Of a stretch of 64,000 bases of DNA, positions 32,626-40,868 are shown in pieces. The notes under the pieces were generated by a model. That model worked only from the letters and a program-made list of their open reading frames with translations. It made no database searches and was not told where the DNA came from. Both the position numbers and the translations under genes were made by a program. Origin of the DNA: an uncultured Lachnospiraceae bacterium. Its GTDB lineage: Bacteria; Bacillota; Clostridia; Lachnospirales; Lachnospiraceae. The stretch's first letter is position 1; every line of letters begins with the position of its first letter. The DNA lies in the NCBI GenBank assembly GCA_947173495.1, contig CAMWFQ010000017.1, positions 19,018 to 83,017 on the forward strand, read 5' to 3'.

Positions 32626-35511
32626 TTACATCAATGCTCCCTCATACAGCATTTTCCTCACAGCACGGATTATTTTTTCTACTTCTTCTATAATCCGCCC
32701 CGCGTCTTTTTCCTTTTGAATGAAGCTTGCATTCATTCCGTTCTGGCGTATCTTATCTATCCACTCCAAAGTCTCTTCTTTCGCCATTCCCTTCGCCTCC
32801 GCCTCATAGTAAATATATGCCAGTTCATTTTCAACATTGGTATTGAACACAGCCGGGTCATCAGAATTAATCGTGAGCATGACATGGTAATCTGCCTTTT
32901 CATTTTGCTTCCCCAAGTAAAAGACCGGATGCTCCTTCATATTGCTGAATTCCCCGATGGTTATATTAGAGGTAGGATTTGCTTCTATGTAAATCCCTTT
33001 TCTTTGGATTTTGTGAATTAAATACTCCTGCAGATGCCGGTACAGAGCTATTTCATCTTTTGTGACAGCCACAAGTTTTATCTCTCTGTATCTTTCTTCA
33101 AAAACAGGACAGTAATGGGTTAACAGCAAAGTTTCTTCTGTCCATATGTTTTGACAATCTTTTCCGGCGTTATCCCAGCAACTGCATCTATACTCTTCAT
33201 CAGCTTTCCTCTGCGCAATCTCTCTGTGTGAGAGATCAAACTTCATCTTATATGTCTGATACAGCATCTGGATCGTTATTGTTTCCCAGCAGGGATACAG
33301 TTCATGTACGATGCCGATGATTCTGTCTTCTAATACGCCTGTTTTTACCGGCAGGTCCACATCGCCATGAATACATATTCCCCAAATCCACAGCAGATTT
33401 TCCATATGTTCCAGTACCGGAACAGCCACCACTTCATTATCTGCTGCCCATTGCTCTGCGCTGACCCCGAGCGCAAGCGCATGCCCCAGACGATCTCCTG
33501 CTTTATACCGGAATTCCTCCAGGACTTCGTCAATATGGCGCAGTCCGGAGACAATATGACGGAAGTCTTCCCCTACATGATAGGTAAATCCAATATTCTG
33601 TACTCTGCTGAATGATGTCCTTCCGTTGGTTACTTTTACAACCGGTCTGGTCACCTCCTGTGAACGTATCAGCTTATAAGCAGGTGCAAACATCCACGGC
33701 TCCATCACATTTTCATCGGAAGCGGCGTCTATCCCTACAATATATTCATCAATTCCGGGAATTGTCTGGCGTATTTCTTCTAATGCCACAGCCATATTCT
33801 GTATAAAGTACCGCCTGTGCATACGGCCTGAGACCCGTCTCTCACCGGAGAGTATTTCTTTCTTCCAGCAGTAGTCTCCCGATACATCCTCCAGGAACTC
33901 TCCCTTGATGAAATGAAAGACGATACCCAAAACAGGAATATTGGCGGATGAATTTCTTAATTCTTCCTGAATACTCTTTCGTTCTTCTGTTGAAATCCCC
34001 TTAAGCTTCTCCCTGTGTAACAGATTACGGGTTCTTCTGACTCCAATTGTATCCTCCATGATAAACCGTTTATAGGACTCAAATACCTTACAAATCTGCC
34101 CATATAACTGATATAAAATATACTTCCTACATTTATTATATTCAAAGAAACTCCATCCCACTTCGTCAATGTCAGGAGCAATTCTTATCTCCAGTTTTTT
34201 TAAGTATTCCATTCTTGCCTGGGAACGGAAGAGCTCCACCAACAGATCATTTCCTCCCAGAGCTGTTTTTTCCGCCCTTTTTGCCGCATTATATTGGGTC
34301 TGAAAATATTTTAATCCCTGCAAGGTATATTTTTCATGAATTTTGTAATAATATTCATTTTTCAGTCGAAGATACTGCAAAAACAGCCTGGCGAAGAAAG
34401 GATCGTCCATACAGCATTTCACATACTGATAGCTTTGGAACAACAGGATAAATTCTGAAGAGGTCTTATATTCCAGATATTCCTCATATACTGCACCGAG
34501 CAGATAATCCCTCTCCTCAGTCAAACCTTCCTTCAGTTTCCTGTATATTTTGTCAATCTTGTGAATACACCCTCTTTCTACCTCTCCTTCATATTCTCCG
34601 CAGTAGAGCCGCAGCATAATATCTCTTATTTCTCCCGGCACAACACGATCCAGCCATCTTCTGAACCCCGCTTTCTGCTCTTTTCCTTCAAAGTACAGTG
34701 CTGACAAACATCGAAACAAGGACATTTCAAGTCTGGTCAGATTATCTCTGCTCCAGTTCTTTTCTTCCATTTTGCTTATAAAACTCAGATCCGTATAGTA
34801 TAGCCATCCGGTTTCATAATCAAGCCCTACATTAAAATGCAGATGATTTTCCGCCACACCCCTTTGCATTACTTTTATAAGCAGTTTATCCATCAGCGCC
34901 AGATTGGGTCCCTGCTCATAAAGCGCCTCCATTCCCAGGTCATTTTCTACTGCAGCAGCAACAATATAGATATCCGGCACTGTGAAACGGCAAAGTAAAT
35001 TCCAGGTTTCCAATTTATCAAATACAGCGTCTCCATTCAGAATTTCTTCTACCTTATTTTTGCTTTTGCCCTTCCATTGCTTAATGGAGGCGACGCCGTC
35101 GCGGTATGTAATGAGAGCCTGAGAAACCCCGGATATAATCTTCAAAATGTAATAACTGCTGATGATTTCCAAATTAGAATGATTGATTCTGTTTTTACGC
35201 GTATATTCCATATACTTTTCCACCTCAGGCAGGGGGAAGAACAGGTTCCAAAGCATCTCGACTTCGTCTTCTGTTTTGATTCTCCAGTGATTTCGTTCTG
35301 TCAGATACGCGTTTAAAACTCTTTTTGCCCTTCTGAACTCTGCATTTTTGCGTCCCGCTTCTGAAGCCGATACTGACCTGTCATCACTCTTTATAAATCT
35401 ATGATATGCTCTATAACAGGAAAGAAAATAATCTGATTTTCCCTGTTCCGAATCAATTAATGGAAACAGGAGAACTTCCAATATCTGATTCAGTCTGTAT
35501 TTATTCATCAT
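32626..35511 (-). CDS. rdrB: Large adenosine deaminase-fold protein, RADAR RdrB-like
   Basis: About 960 aa; ENHLH (HxH), GIDAASDE, YHVGED, RLGHAL, EANPTSN, NSDDP; start overlaps the ATPase stop. Confidence 0.8.
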   Translation of the reverse strand: MMNKYRLNQILEVLLFPLIDSEQGKSDYFLSCYRAYHRFIKSDDRSVSASEAGRKNAEFRRAKRVLNAYLTERNHWRIKTEDEVEMLWNLFFPLPEVEKYMEYTRKNRINHSNLEIISSYYILKIISGVSQALITYRDGVASIKQWKGKSKNKVEEILNGDAVFDKLETWNLLCRFTVPDIYIVAAAVENDLGMEALYEQGPNLALMDKLLIKVMQRGVAENHLHFNVGLDYETGWLYYTDLSFISKMEEKNWSRDNLTRLEMSLFRCLSALYFEGKEQKAGFRRWLDRVVPGEIRDIMLRLYCGEYEGEVERGCIHKIDKIYRKLKEGLTEERDYLLGAVYEEYLEYKTSSEFILLFQSYQYVKCCMDDPFFARLFLQYLRLKNEYYYKIHEKYTLQGLKYFQTQYNAAKRAEKTALGGNDLLVELFRSQARMEYLKKLEIRIAPDIDEVGWSFFEYNKCRKYILYQLYGQICKVFESYKRFIMEDTIGVRRTRNLLHREKLKGISTEERKSIQEELRNSSANIPVLGIVFHFIKGEFLEDVSGDYCWKKEILSGERRVSGRMHRRYFIQNMAVALEEIRQTIPGIDEYIVGIDAASDENVMEPWMFAPAYKLIRSQEVTRPVVKVTNGRTSFSRVQNIGFTYHVGEDFRHIVSGLRHIDEVLEEFRYKAGDRLGHALALGVSAEQWAADNEVVAVPVLEHMENLLWIWGICIHGDVDLPVKTGVLEDRIIGIVHELYPCWETITIQMLYQTYKMKFDLSHREIAQRKADEEYRCSCWDNAGKDCQNIWTEETLLLTHYCPVFEERYREIKLVAVTKDEIALYRHLQEYLIHKIQRKGIYIEANPTSNITIGEFSNMKEHPVFYLGKQNEKADYHVMLTINSDDPAVFNTNVENELAYIYYEAEAKGMAKEETLEWIDKIRQNGMNASFIQKEKDAGRIIEEVEKIIRAVRKMLYEGALM

Positions 35512-38500
35512 CCTCTCCCTCAATTAACGAATTAATATAATTGATTCTCTCCATTTCGTAAGAGGATTTTATATCATCCTGAAGCATTGCCAGCTCATTA
35601 TCGGTGCCGGATAGCTTCTTTTCTTCCAAAATATCAACTGCAAGGTTAAAAAACTGATAATAATATGTCACTGTTTTCTTTCCGTTTATTTTTACTTTCT
35701 CCAGATCTTTCGATGATATGCTATTACCATTTTTATACCTGTCGCTTATAACCTGAAAAATATAAACCTTTTGCAGAAGTGTAATAAATCTAACCTGCAT
35801 TCCCAGTTTTACTGCTTTTCTTACTTCGTCACTATTTTGCAGATCAATCAGGATATCCATCGCGCCAATTACTTCTTCCACTCTGTTCTTCAACGTTACA
35901 TCTCTGTATACAGCACTATCTGCAGTCCCTCTTTGTCTGTAGATATTATTAAGATTTCTTACCAGCTCCATATACAGCCCTTTACTGATCGGTATCTCTC
36001 TCGTTGCTCCGGTAGATCTTAAATTACTGACCTGTATACGCAGTCTGTTAATCTGGGCATAATTCAATGGATAGTCGTCTGCTATTTCGTTTAGTACTTC
36101 TATTACATATTGAGGATCTCTAAGCAATGCATGATTTCCAAATGAATAAGCAGCCTGTTTTACTTTATTGATATATTCTCTGAGCAGCCCCGCTGTCTCT
36201 TCATAATTTTCATACATTCTTTCCTGTACATCCCTGATTATTTCACCAGGGCAGATTCCAAAAAATTCTTTCAATTTACCGAAATCCTGCAAATAGACCT
36301 GTGTTCTCTTGGCAACGATGTCTATGATCTGGCCCAGACCCAGATACCGCCCGGACGCAGTCCCCTGATTTCCATTGACCTTTGCTTTTTTACTGACGTT
36401 TGATTCATTTTTCCTGTCAAACGCTATTACAATTTCATTAAAAAAATTATAAAATTTATCGTCCGCCCCTCTTACATTTTTGCCGTCTATATCAATCCCT
36501 TTTTGATGATCCTCTTTTAATTTATCCCATTTATCCTGCATTTTCACCTCTGAAAAGCAGTCGCTTAGGTTATTTTTAATCTCATTGTCTATCCTTCTCT
36601 GATACTGTGTCAGGTATTCTCCAAACGGATAAACAATGCAGTCTTCCATATTCTGCCTGTTAAACAAATATACATTTCCATATACCAGAAACAATCTGCC
36701 CGCTATTTCACTAAACCATTTTGGATTCTTCCTGTAAATTGTAAGTAAATCGCTCCGAACCGGCGCTTTCCCATATGAATACTCCTTAAAATTATAAAAA
36801 TATTCCATATTGAACTGCGCATCGGAAGCCTTATCCGTAATAATCGTTCCCAGCCGATCCAGCAGATTGGAATAATGTCTGAAATACTCGTCAGCATGCA
36901 AATCATCTCTAAACACATAACGGTTTCCAAACGCTTCATCTCCAATATATTTTGTTAATGGCAATACCACATGAATCTTTTCCCTTCCCGTAACTCCCCT
37001 GTCAATCCCCTTTTCCATTATCAATAAAAGATTTTCCAGAAAAGCCATCAGGGAATAAAGCTGAAGCCCCGTCTCGATTTTCTTGTGCTTTCCCTTTTCC
37101 TTTTCATGCCCCCGGTTCTTTTTCAGAAATTCATTCAGGAATTCATAATGAAGATATAATTTCCATTGATTATATTCCAGTAAAAAAATATTATCCACAA
37201 ACTCATCAATATCTTCTATTGCCTGCGACAGATCATGATTGGCGCTAATGGTAATCCGTAAAAAATATCTGCAATGATAGTATATTTTCATCACCGGATC
37301 CTTCTTATCTGCAGTTGCTATTGCCTTCTTTAAACTATAAACCAATTCCTGCAGAGCAATGTAAACATTTCCGATCTGTCTGGAGGTATTTCCCATGAAT
37401 TTTAAATAGAAATTAATCAGTTCGGAATTCTCACCCATAAAATTATGCGGTTTCTCCCCAACCACACAGTCTATTAAGCTCTGCACCTCCTCTTTGACAC
37501 CACAGCCTAAATTTTTATTATCCTCCAGACAGAATGTCTCCTTCTGTCTGGCCGTATTAAACAGTCTCAGGTAATAACGTGTGGAGGTTGGAAGAACCTT
37601 CCCCAAATACATTCTGGCAGTACGGCTTACTACATCCTCCGCGCTCTTGTCCGGCTCATTATCTTCCTCCTCGTTTTCCCGTGGTATTCCCCAGATATAG
37701 CGGGGTTTATTATTTTTAACCAGATAATTTCTCCATTCACTTGGCAGTCTGCCGATATTTCTGTCAAGTGCATTTTCGATCACCTCCAGAAAGAGCTCTT
37801 CATCTGCTGTTGTAATCACAATGATATTGGGGTGAGATAAATACTTGATAATCACTGACAAAATCTCTTCTATTTTTTCCGGCGCCAGATCAACATCGTC
37901 AAATATAAAATAAATCATCGGACATATGGACTTCTTTTTTCCTTCCCGCAGTTCCTGATATCTCAGTATATTTTTTATCCATTCATCCCACAAATCTGCA
38001 ATTTCCTTTGCAAATTTGTAATAGTCTTCCGCCTGCAGAACGGAATTGTTAATCACTGTATAATAAGAAGATTCCACGCCGGGATTATAATTTCCTGCAT
38101 AAAAAAACTGCGTCATTCTTTCCAGCTTCCCATGCAATGACTCTTTCATATTTTCATCGGGCAGATACTTGCATTTGTTCCAGTATCCTTCCTCCCTGTC
38201 TTTTTGTTCTAACCTATGTATATGTTCCTCCAGGTTCCCTATTTCCTCCCTGATAATAGCCAGAATCCAGCCCAGAACCGTACAGTTCTCCGGTATCACT
38301 TCCGGAATAATCAACGGAAGAACCACATCATATTCATCCTTTTCATACATCTCCCTTATCTTTCTCTGTAATGAAAATGCCACCGACGTCTTTCCGGTTC
38401 CTCTGGGCCCTAAAATAGAAAAGACATTATCATACATAAAATTGTCCTGATAATATCTCTTCCTGCTTGACTTCATATTTTCCTGAAGCTCCTTATAGGC

Positions 38501-38617
38501 AACTTCCCGGCACACATTGATCTTGTGAAACAAATTTTCATACGTAGGCAATACATTTTCCAACTGAATGTCTGTTAACAGTCTGATTCCAACCTTGTGA
38601 TCATTTTTTCTTCCCAT
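35501..38617 (-). CDS. rdrA: Large P-loop ATPase, RADAR RdrA-like
   Basis: About 1040 aa; Walker A GPRGTGKT, Walker B FIFDDVD, KVLP motif; directly upstream of the deaminase (ORF-track start 38647). Confidence 0.78.
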   Translation of the reverse strand: MGRKNDHKVGIRLLTDIQLENVLPTYENLFHKINVCREVAYKELQENMKSSRKRYYQDNFMYDNVFSILGPRGTGKTSVAFSLQRKIREMYEKDEYDVVLPLIIPEVIPENCTVLGWILAIIREEIGNLEEHIHRLEQKDREEGYWNKCKYLPDENMKESLHGKLERMTQFFYAGNYNPGVESSYYTVINNSVLQAEDYYKFAKEIADLWDEWIKNILRYQELREGKKKSICPMIYFIFDDVDLAPEKIEEILSVIIKYLSHPNIIVITTADEELFLEVIENALDRNIGRLPSEWRNYLVKNNKPRYIWGIPRENEEEDNEPDKSAEDVVSRTARMYLGKVLPTSTRYYLRLFNTARQKETFCLEDNKNLGCGVKEEVQSLIDCVVGEKPHNFMGENSELINFYLKFMGNTSRQIGNVYIALQELVYSLKKAIATADKKDPVMKIYYHCRYFLRITISANHDLSQAIEDIDEFVDNIFLLEYNQWKLYLHYEFLNEFLKKNRGHEKEKGKHKKIETGLQLYSLMAFLENLLLIMEKGIDRGVTGREKIHVVLPLTKYIGDEAFGNRYVFRDDLHADEYFRHYSNLLDRLGTIITDKASDAQFNMEYFYNFKEYSYGKAPVRSDLLTIYRKNPKWFSEIAGRLFLVYGNVYLFNRQNMEDCIVYPFGEYLTQYQRRIDNEIKNNLSDCFSEVKMQDKWDKLKEDHQKGIDIDGKNVRGADDKFYNFFNEIVIAFDRKNESNVSKKAKVNGNQGTASGRYLGLGQIIDIVAKRTQVYLQDFGKLKEFFGICPGEIIRDVQERMYENYEETAGLLREYINKVKQAAYSFGNHALLRDPQYVIEVLNEIADDYPLNYAQINRLRIQVSNLRSTGATREIPISKGLYMELVRNLNNIYRQRGTADSAVYRDVTLKNRVEEVIGAMDILIDLQNSDEVRKAVKLGMQVRFITLLQKVYIFQVISDRYKNGNSISSKDLEKVKINGKKTVTYYYQFFNLAVDILEEKKLSGTDNELAMLQDDIKSSYEMERINYINSLIEGEDDE

Positions 38618-38653
38618 TTTTCTTCCGTACCCCTTTCCCCATAACACTATAGC

Positions 38654-38902
38654 CTATCTCTTATTCCCACGTCCCCGCCTTACCTGTATCGGCGGCGTTC
38701 CATATAAAAGCCACTCCCTTTCCTCCGACATAAATTTTGAATTCCGGCGCTCATACGCTTCCTTTTGACGCTTCAATTTCTCCCGGCGCTGATTTAATTC
38801 ATACTTGGTCGGAGCAGGCGCAAAATCCATCTCGATATAACGCCGCGTCTCCCTAGCGCTCAAATCTATATACTTTTCCTGCCTGCGGTTACTTTTATAC
38901 AT
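38654..38902 (-). CDS. Small basic hypothetical protein upstream of rdrA
   Basis: 82 aa, RBS AGAGGA, co-oriented with and just upstream of rdrA. Confidence 0.6.
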   Translation of the reverse strand: MYKSNRRQEKYIDLSARETRRYIEMDFAPAPTKYELNQRREKLKRQKEAYERRNSKFMSEEREWLLYGTPPIQVRRGRGNKR

Positions 38903-39171
38903 AATCCTCTGCTATTTAACCTTCTCTTTCTTTATAATATGCATTTCCGCCTTCCTGAATACTGCTTTTACGGCATAATCCTATACAATAGCCCTCATCT
39001 CTTACTACTAATAACTGCTTTTATCAATATTCTCCTATTGTCAAAGGAGATCTTTAAATGTATATTACCACATTTTTCCCAAAAATGGGCACTTAATTTA
39101 TAAATAGTAAAGCGAATACCTATGAAAAGCAGTAGTCCTTCTGTATCATTCAGCAAAATTGCTCCTACTGG

Positions 39172-39201
39172 TTCACAAAAACTGCAGATTTCTGGTATAA
39201 T
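39172..39201 (+). promoter_or_regulatory. Extended -10 promoter of the AT3 gene
   Basis: TTCACA-18 nt-TATAAT with TGn extension (TGGTATAAT). Confidence 0.5.
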
Positions 39202-39251
39202 AGGCAAATATAAATCAAAAGGAAGTTGGTGCCTTAAACGAAGCGAAAGGA

Positions 39252-40310
39252 ATGACAAAATTTATGAACACCTCAAATCATAGAATGATTGGATTAGATC
39301 TATTCAGAGTCATAGCAGCTTTTACCGTATTTCTTTTTCATTCTTCCATCCATATGGGATGTACTTATGGAATCTTTCAGGATTTTGTAAGCATGGGAGC
39401 CGTGTTTATGACCGGTTTCTTTCTTCTTTCTGGTTTTGTAATATTTAAAACCTACAGTAAAAGAGAAATAACTAAAATATCTGAGATAAAAAATTTCTAT
39501 TTAAAAAGATTAATCACATTAATTCCAGTTTATTATGTAACTGCACTTTTATACACCTTAACTTTAGATTCAAAAAACATCGTCGATAATCTTTTCTTGG
39601 CTCCCATTGAATTATTGGGGATTCAGTCGACTTTCAGTTCATTATTCAGTTATTCGCACAATGGCGGTACGTGGTTCATTTCCTGTTTGATAATTTGCTA
39701 TCTGATTTATCCCTATATTCAGGAACTTGTCCTCCAAATCTCACTGAAAGGCAGATTTATCATTTTCGTTCTATGCTGCTTCATTTTGCTGTATGCACCT
39801 GTGATTGTTATTATATTCAAGACGGCAAATATTTATTCAAATCCTTTCTATCGATGTCTTGAGTTTATAATCGGGATCCTGTCGGCTTCTATCATTGAAA
39901 ATACCTCCGACAGCCGTCAGTATCATTTGCTGCGGACATGGAAATTCTTTTGGATAGAATTGATACTCTTCATCGCCGGTATTTCTCTCGCAGTAAAATT
40001 AAATTTATTTGTTAATGATTATATGCTTTATAACTGGATTAATCTTCCGCTTTCTATTCTGATGATCTGTACGCTGTCAGGTGTATCATCAGAAAAGATG
40101 CAGAATTCCCGGATCATCTCTTATCTCGGATCAATATCTTATTGTTTCTTTTTAGCTCAATTTTTTACATGGAAATTGACGGCTTTTATCCTCAGGATAA
40201 TAAATCAGGACAGCAACTTATTCAAAATAATCACATCTCTAATTATTTGTACTATACTATCAATACTACTTTATGAACTGGTTGAAAAGCCATTTAAGAA
40301 ATTATTGTAA
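39252..40310 (+). CDS. Acyltransferase family 3 O-acyltransferase
   Basis: GLDLFR..AA..VFLFH, FFLLSGF, GTWFISCL, LGSISYCFFL, YELVEKP. Confidence 0.88.
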   Translation: MTKFMNTSNHRMIGLDLFRVIAAFTVFLFHSSIHMGCTYGIFQDFVSMGAVFMTGFFLLSGFVIFKTYSKREITKISEIKNFYLKRLITLIPVYYVTALLYTLTLDSKNIVDNLFLAPIELLGIQSTFSSLFSYSHNGGTWFISCLIICYLIYPYIQELVLQISLKGRFIIFVLCCFILLYAPVIVIIFKTANIYSNPFYRCLEFIIGILSASIIENTSDSRQYHLLRTWKFFWIELILFIAGISLAVKLNLFVNDYMLYNWINLPLSILMICTLSGVSSEKMQNSRIISYLGSISYCFFLAQFFTWKLTAFILRIINQDSNLFKIITSLIICTILSILLYELVEKPFKKLL

Positions 40311-40314
40311 TAAA

Positions 40315-40461
40315 GCTGGATGCTTTCTGAGAGTGAACCTAGGGGTAGTCACCCAAAAAGAGACGCACTTGGAAAAGGCGGTGAACTATGCCCAAAACCA
40401 CAAAGAACAGTTCATGACATACCCTGAGGACAGCAGGTGCAGTTTTTCCAGTAACTTAAGC
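40315..40461 (+). mobile_element. IS66-family transposase remnant
   Basis: LDAF*...LEKAVNYAQNHKEQFMTYPEDSRCSFSSNLS resembles the IS66 TnpC segment KAVNYA..Q....YLEDGR....NN; disrupted. Confidence 0.65.
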
Positions 40462-40624
40462 TTATGCTATCTTTATCTTTTTTCAAATAAGCGCTTAATT
40501 ATGAGGGCACTGAAAAGTTATAATGGAGCAAAGCGGAGCGGAGGGACTAGAAATGCGAGAGTATGAAAGTTGAGGTATTTCTAGCTCATTCGCAGATTCT
40601 AATACAATGTTATGGAAGAAAGCG

Positions 40625-40652
40625 AAACTCCCGCAAAAGAACGGGAGTTTTT
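40625..40652. terminator. Intrinsic terminator between convergent genes
   Basis: Stem AAACTCCCG/CGGGAGTTT, 8-nt loop, T-run after it and A-run before it. Confidence 0.65.
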
Positions 40653-40868
40653 CAGTTCCCTCATTACTATATAAGGTTTTTTTGAAAATTATATGTAACC
40701 GGTAAATAGCGGGTACTTCCCAATTTTAAGAACCTCTCTCGCTATCTCTTAAAATACAATCAATAGTAAGAGCAACTGCATATTTTAGTCTCTGTGTCAA
40801 CCTCTTTTCTAAAATTTACTGTTAAATTCGAGTTAGACCATAGGATGAGATCTTTTCAATCAGCTAAA

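Noticed and set aside
32593-33021. 142-aa plus-strand ORF continuing after the peptidase
   Set aside because: Antisense to the rdrB 3' end that encodes the SDDP motif; no independent support
31996-39252. Search for att sites or direct repeats flanking the RADAR-like cassette
   Set aside because: Only matches of about 7 nt found by eye and no integrase present; not significant
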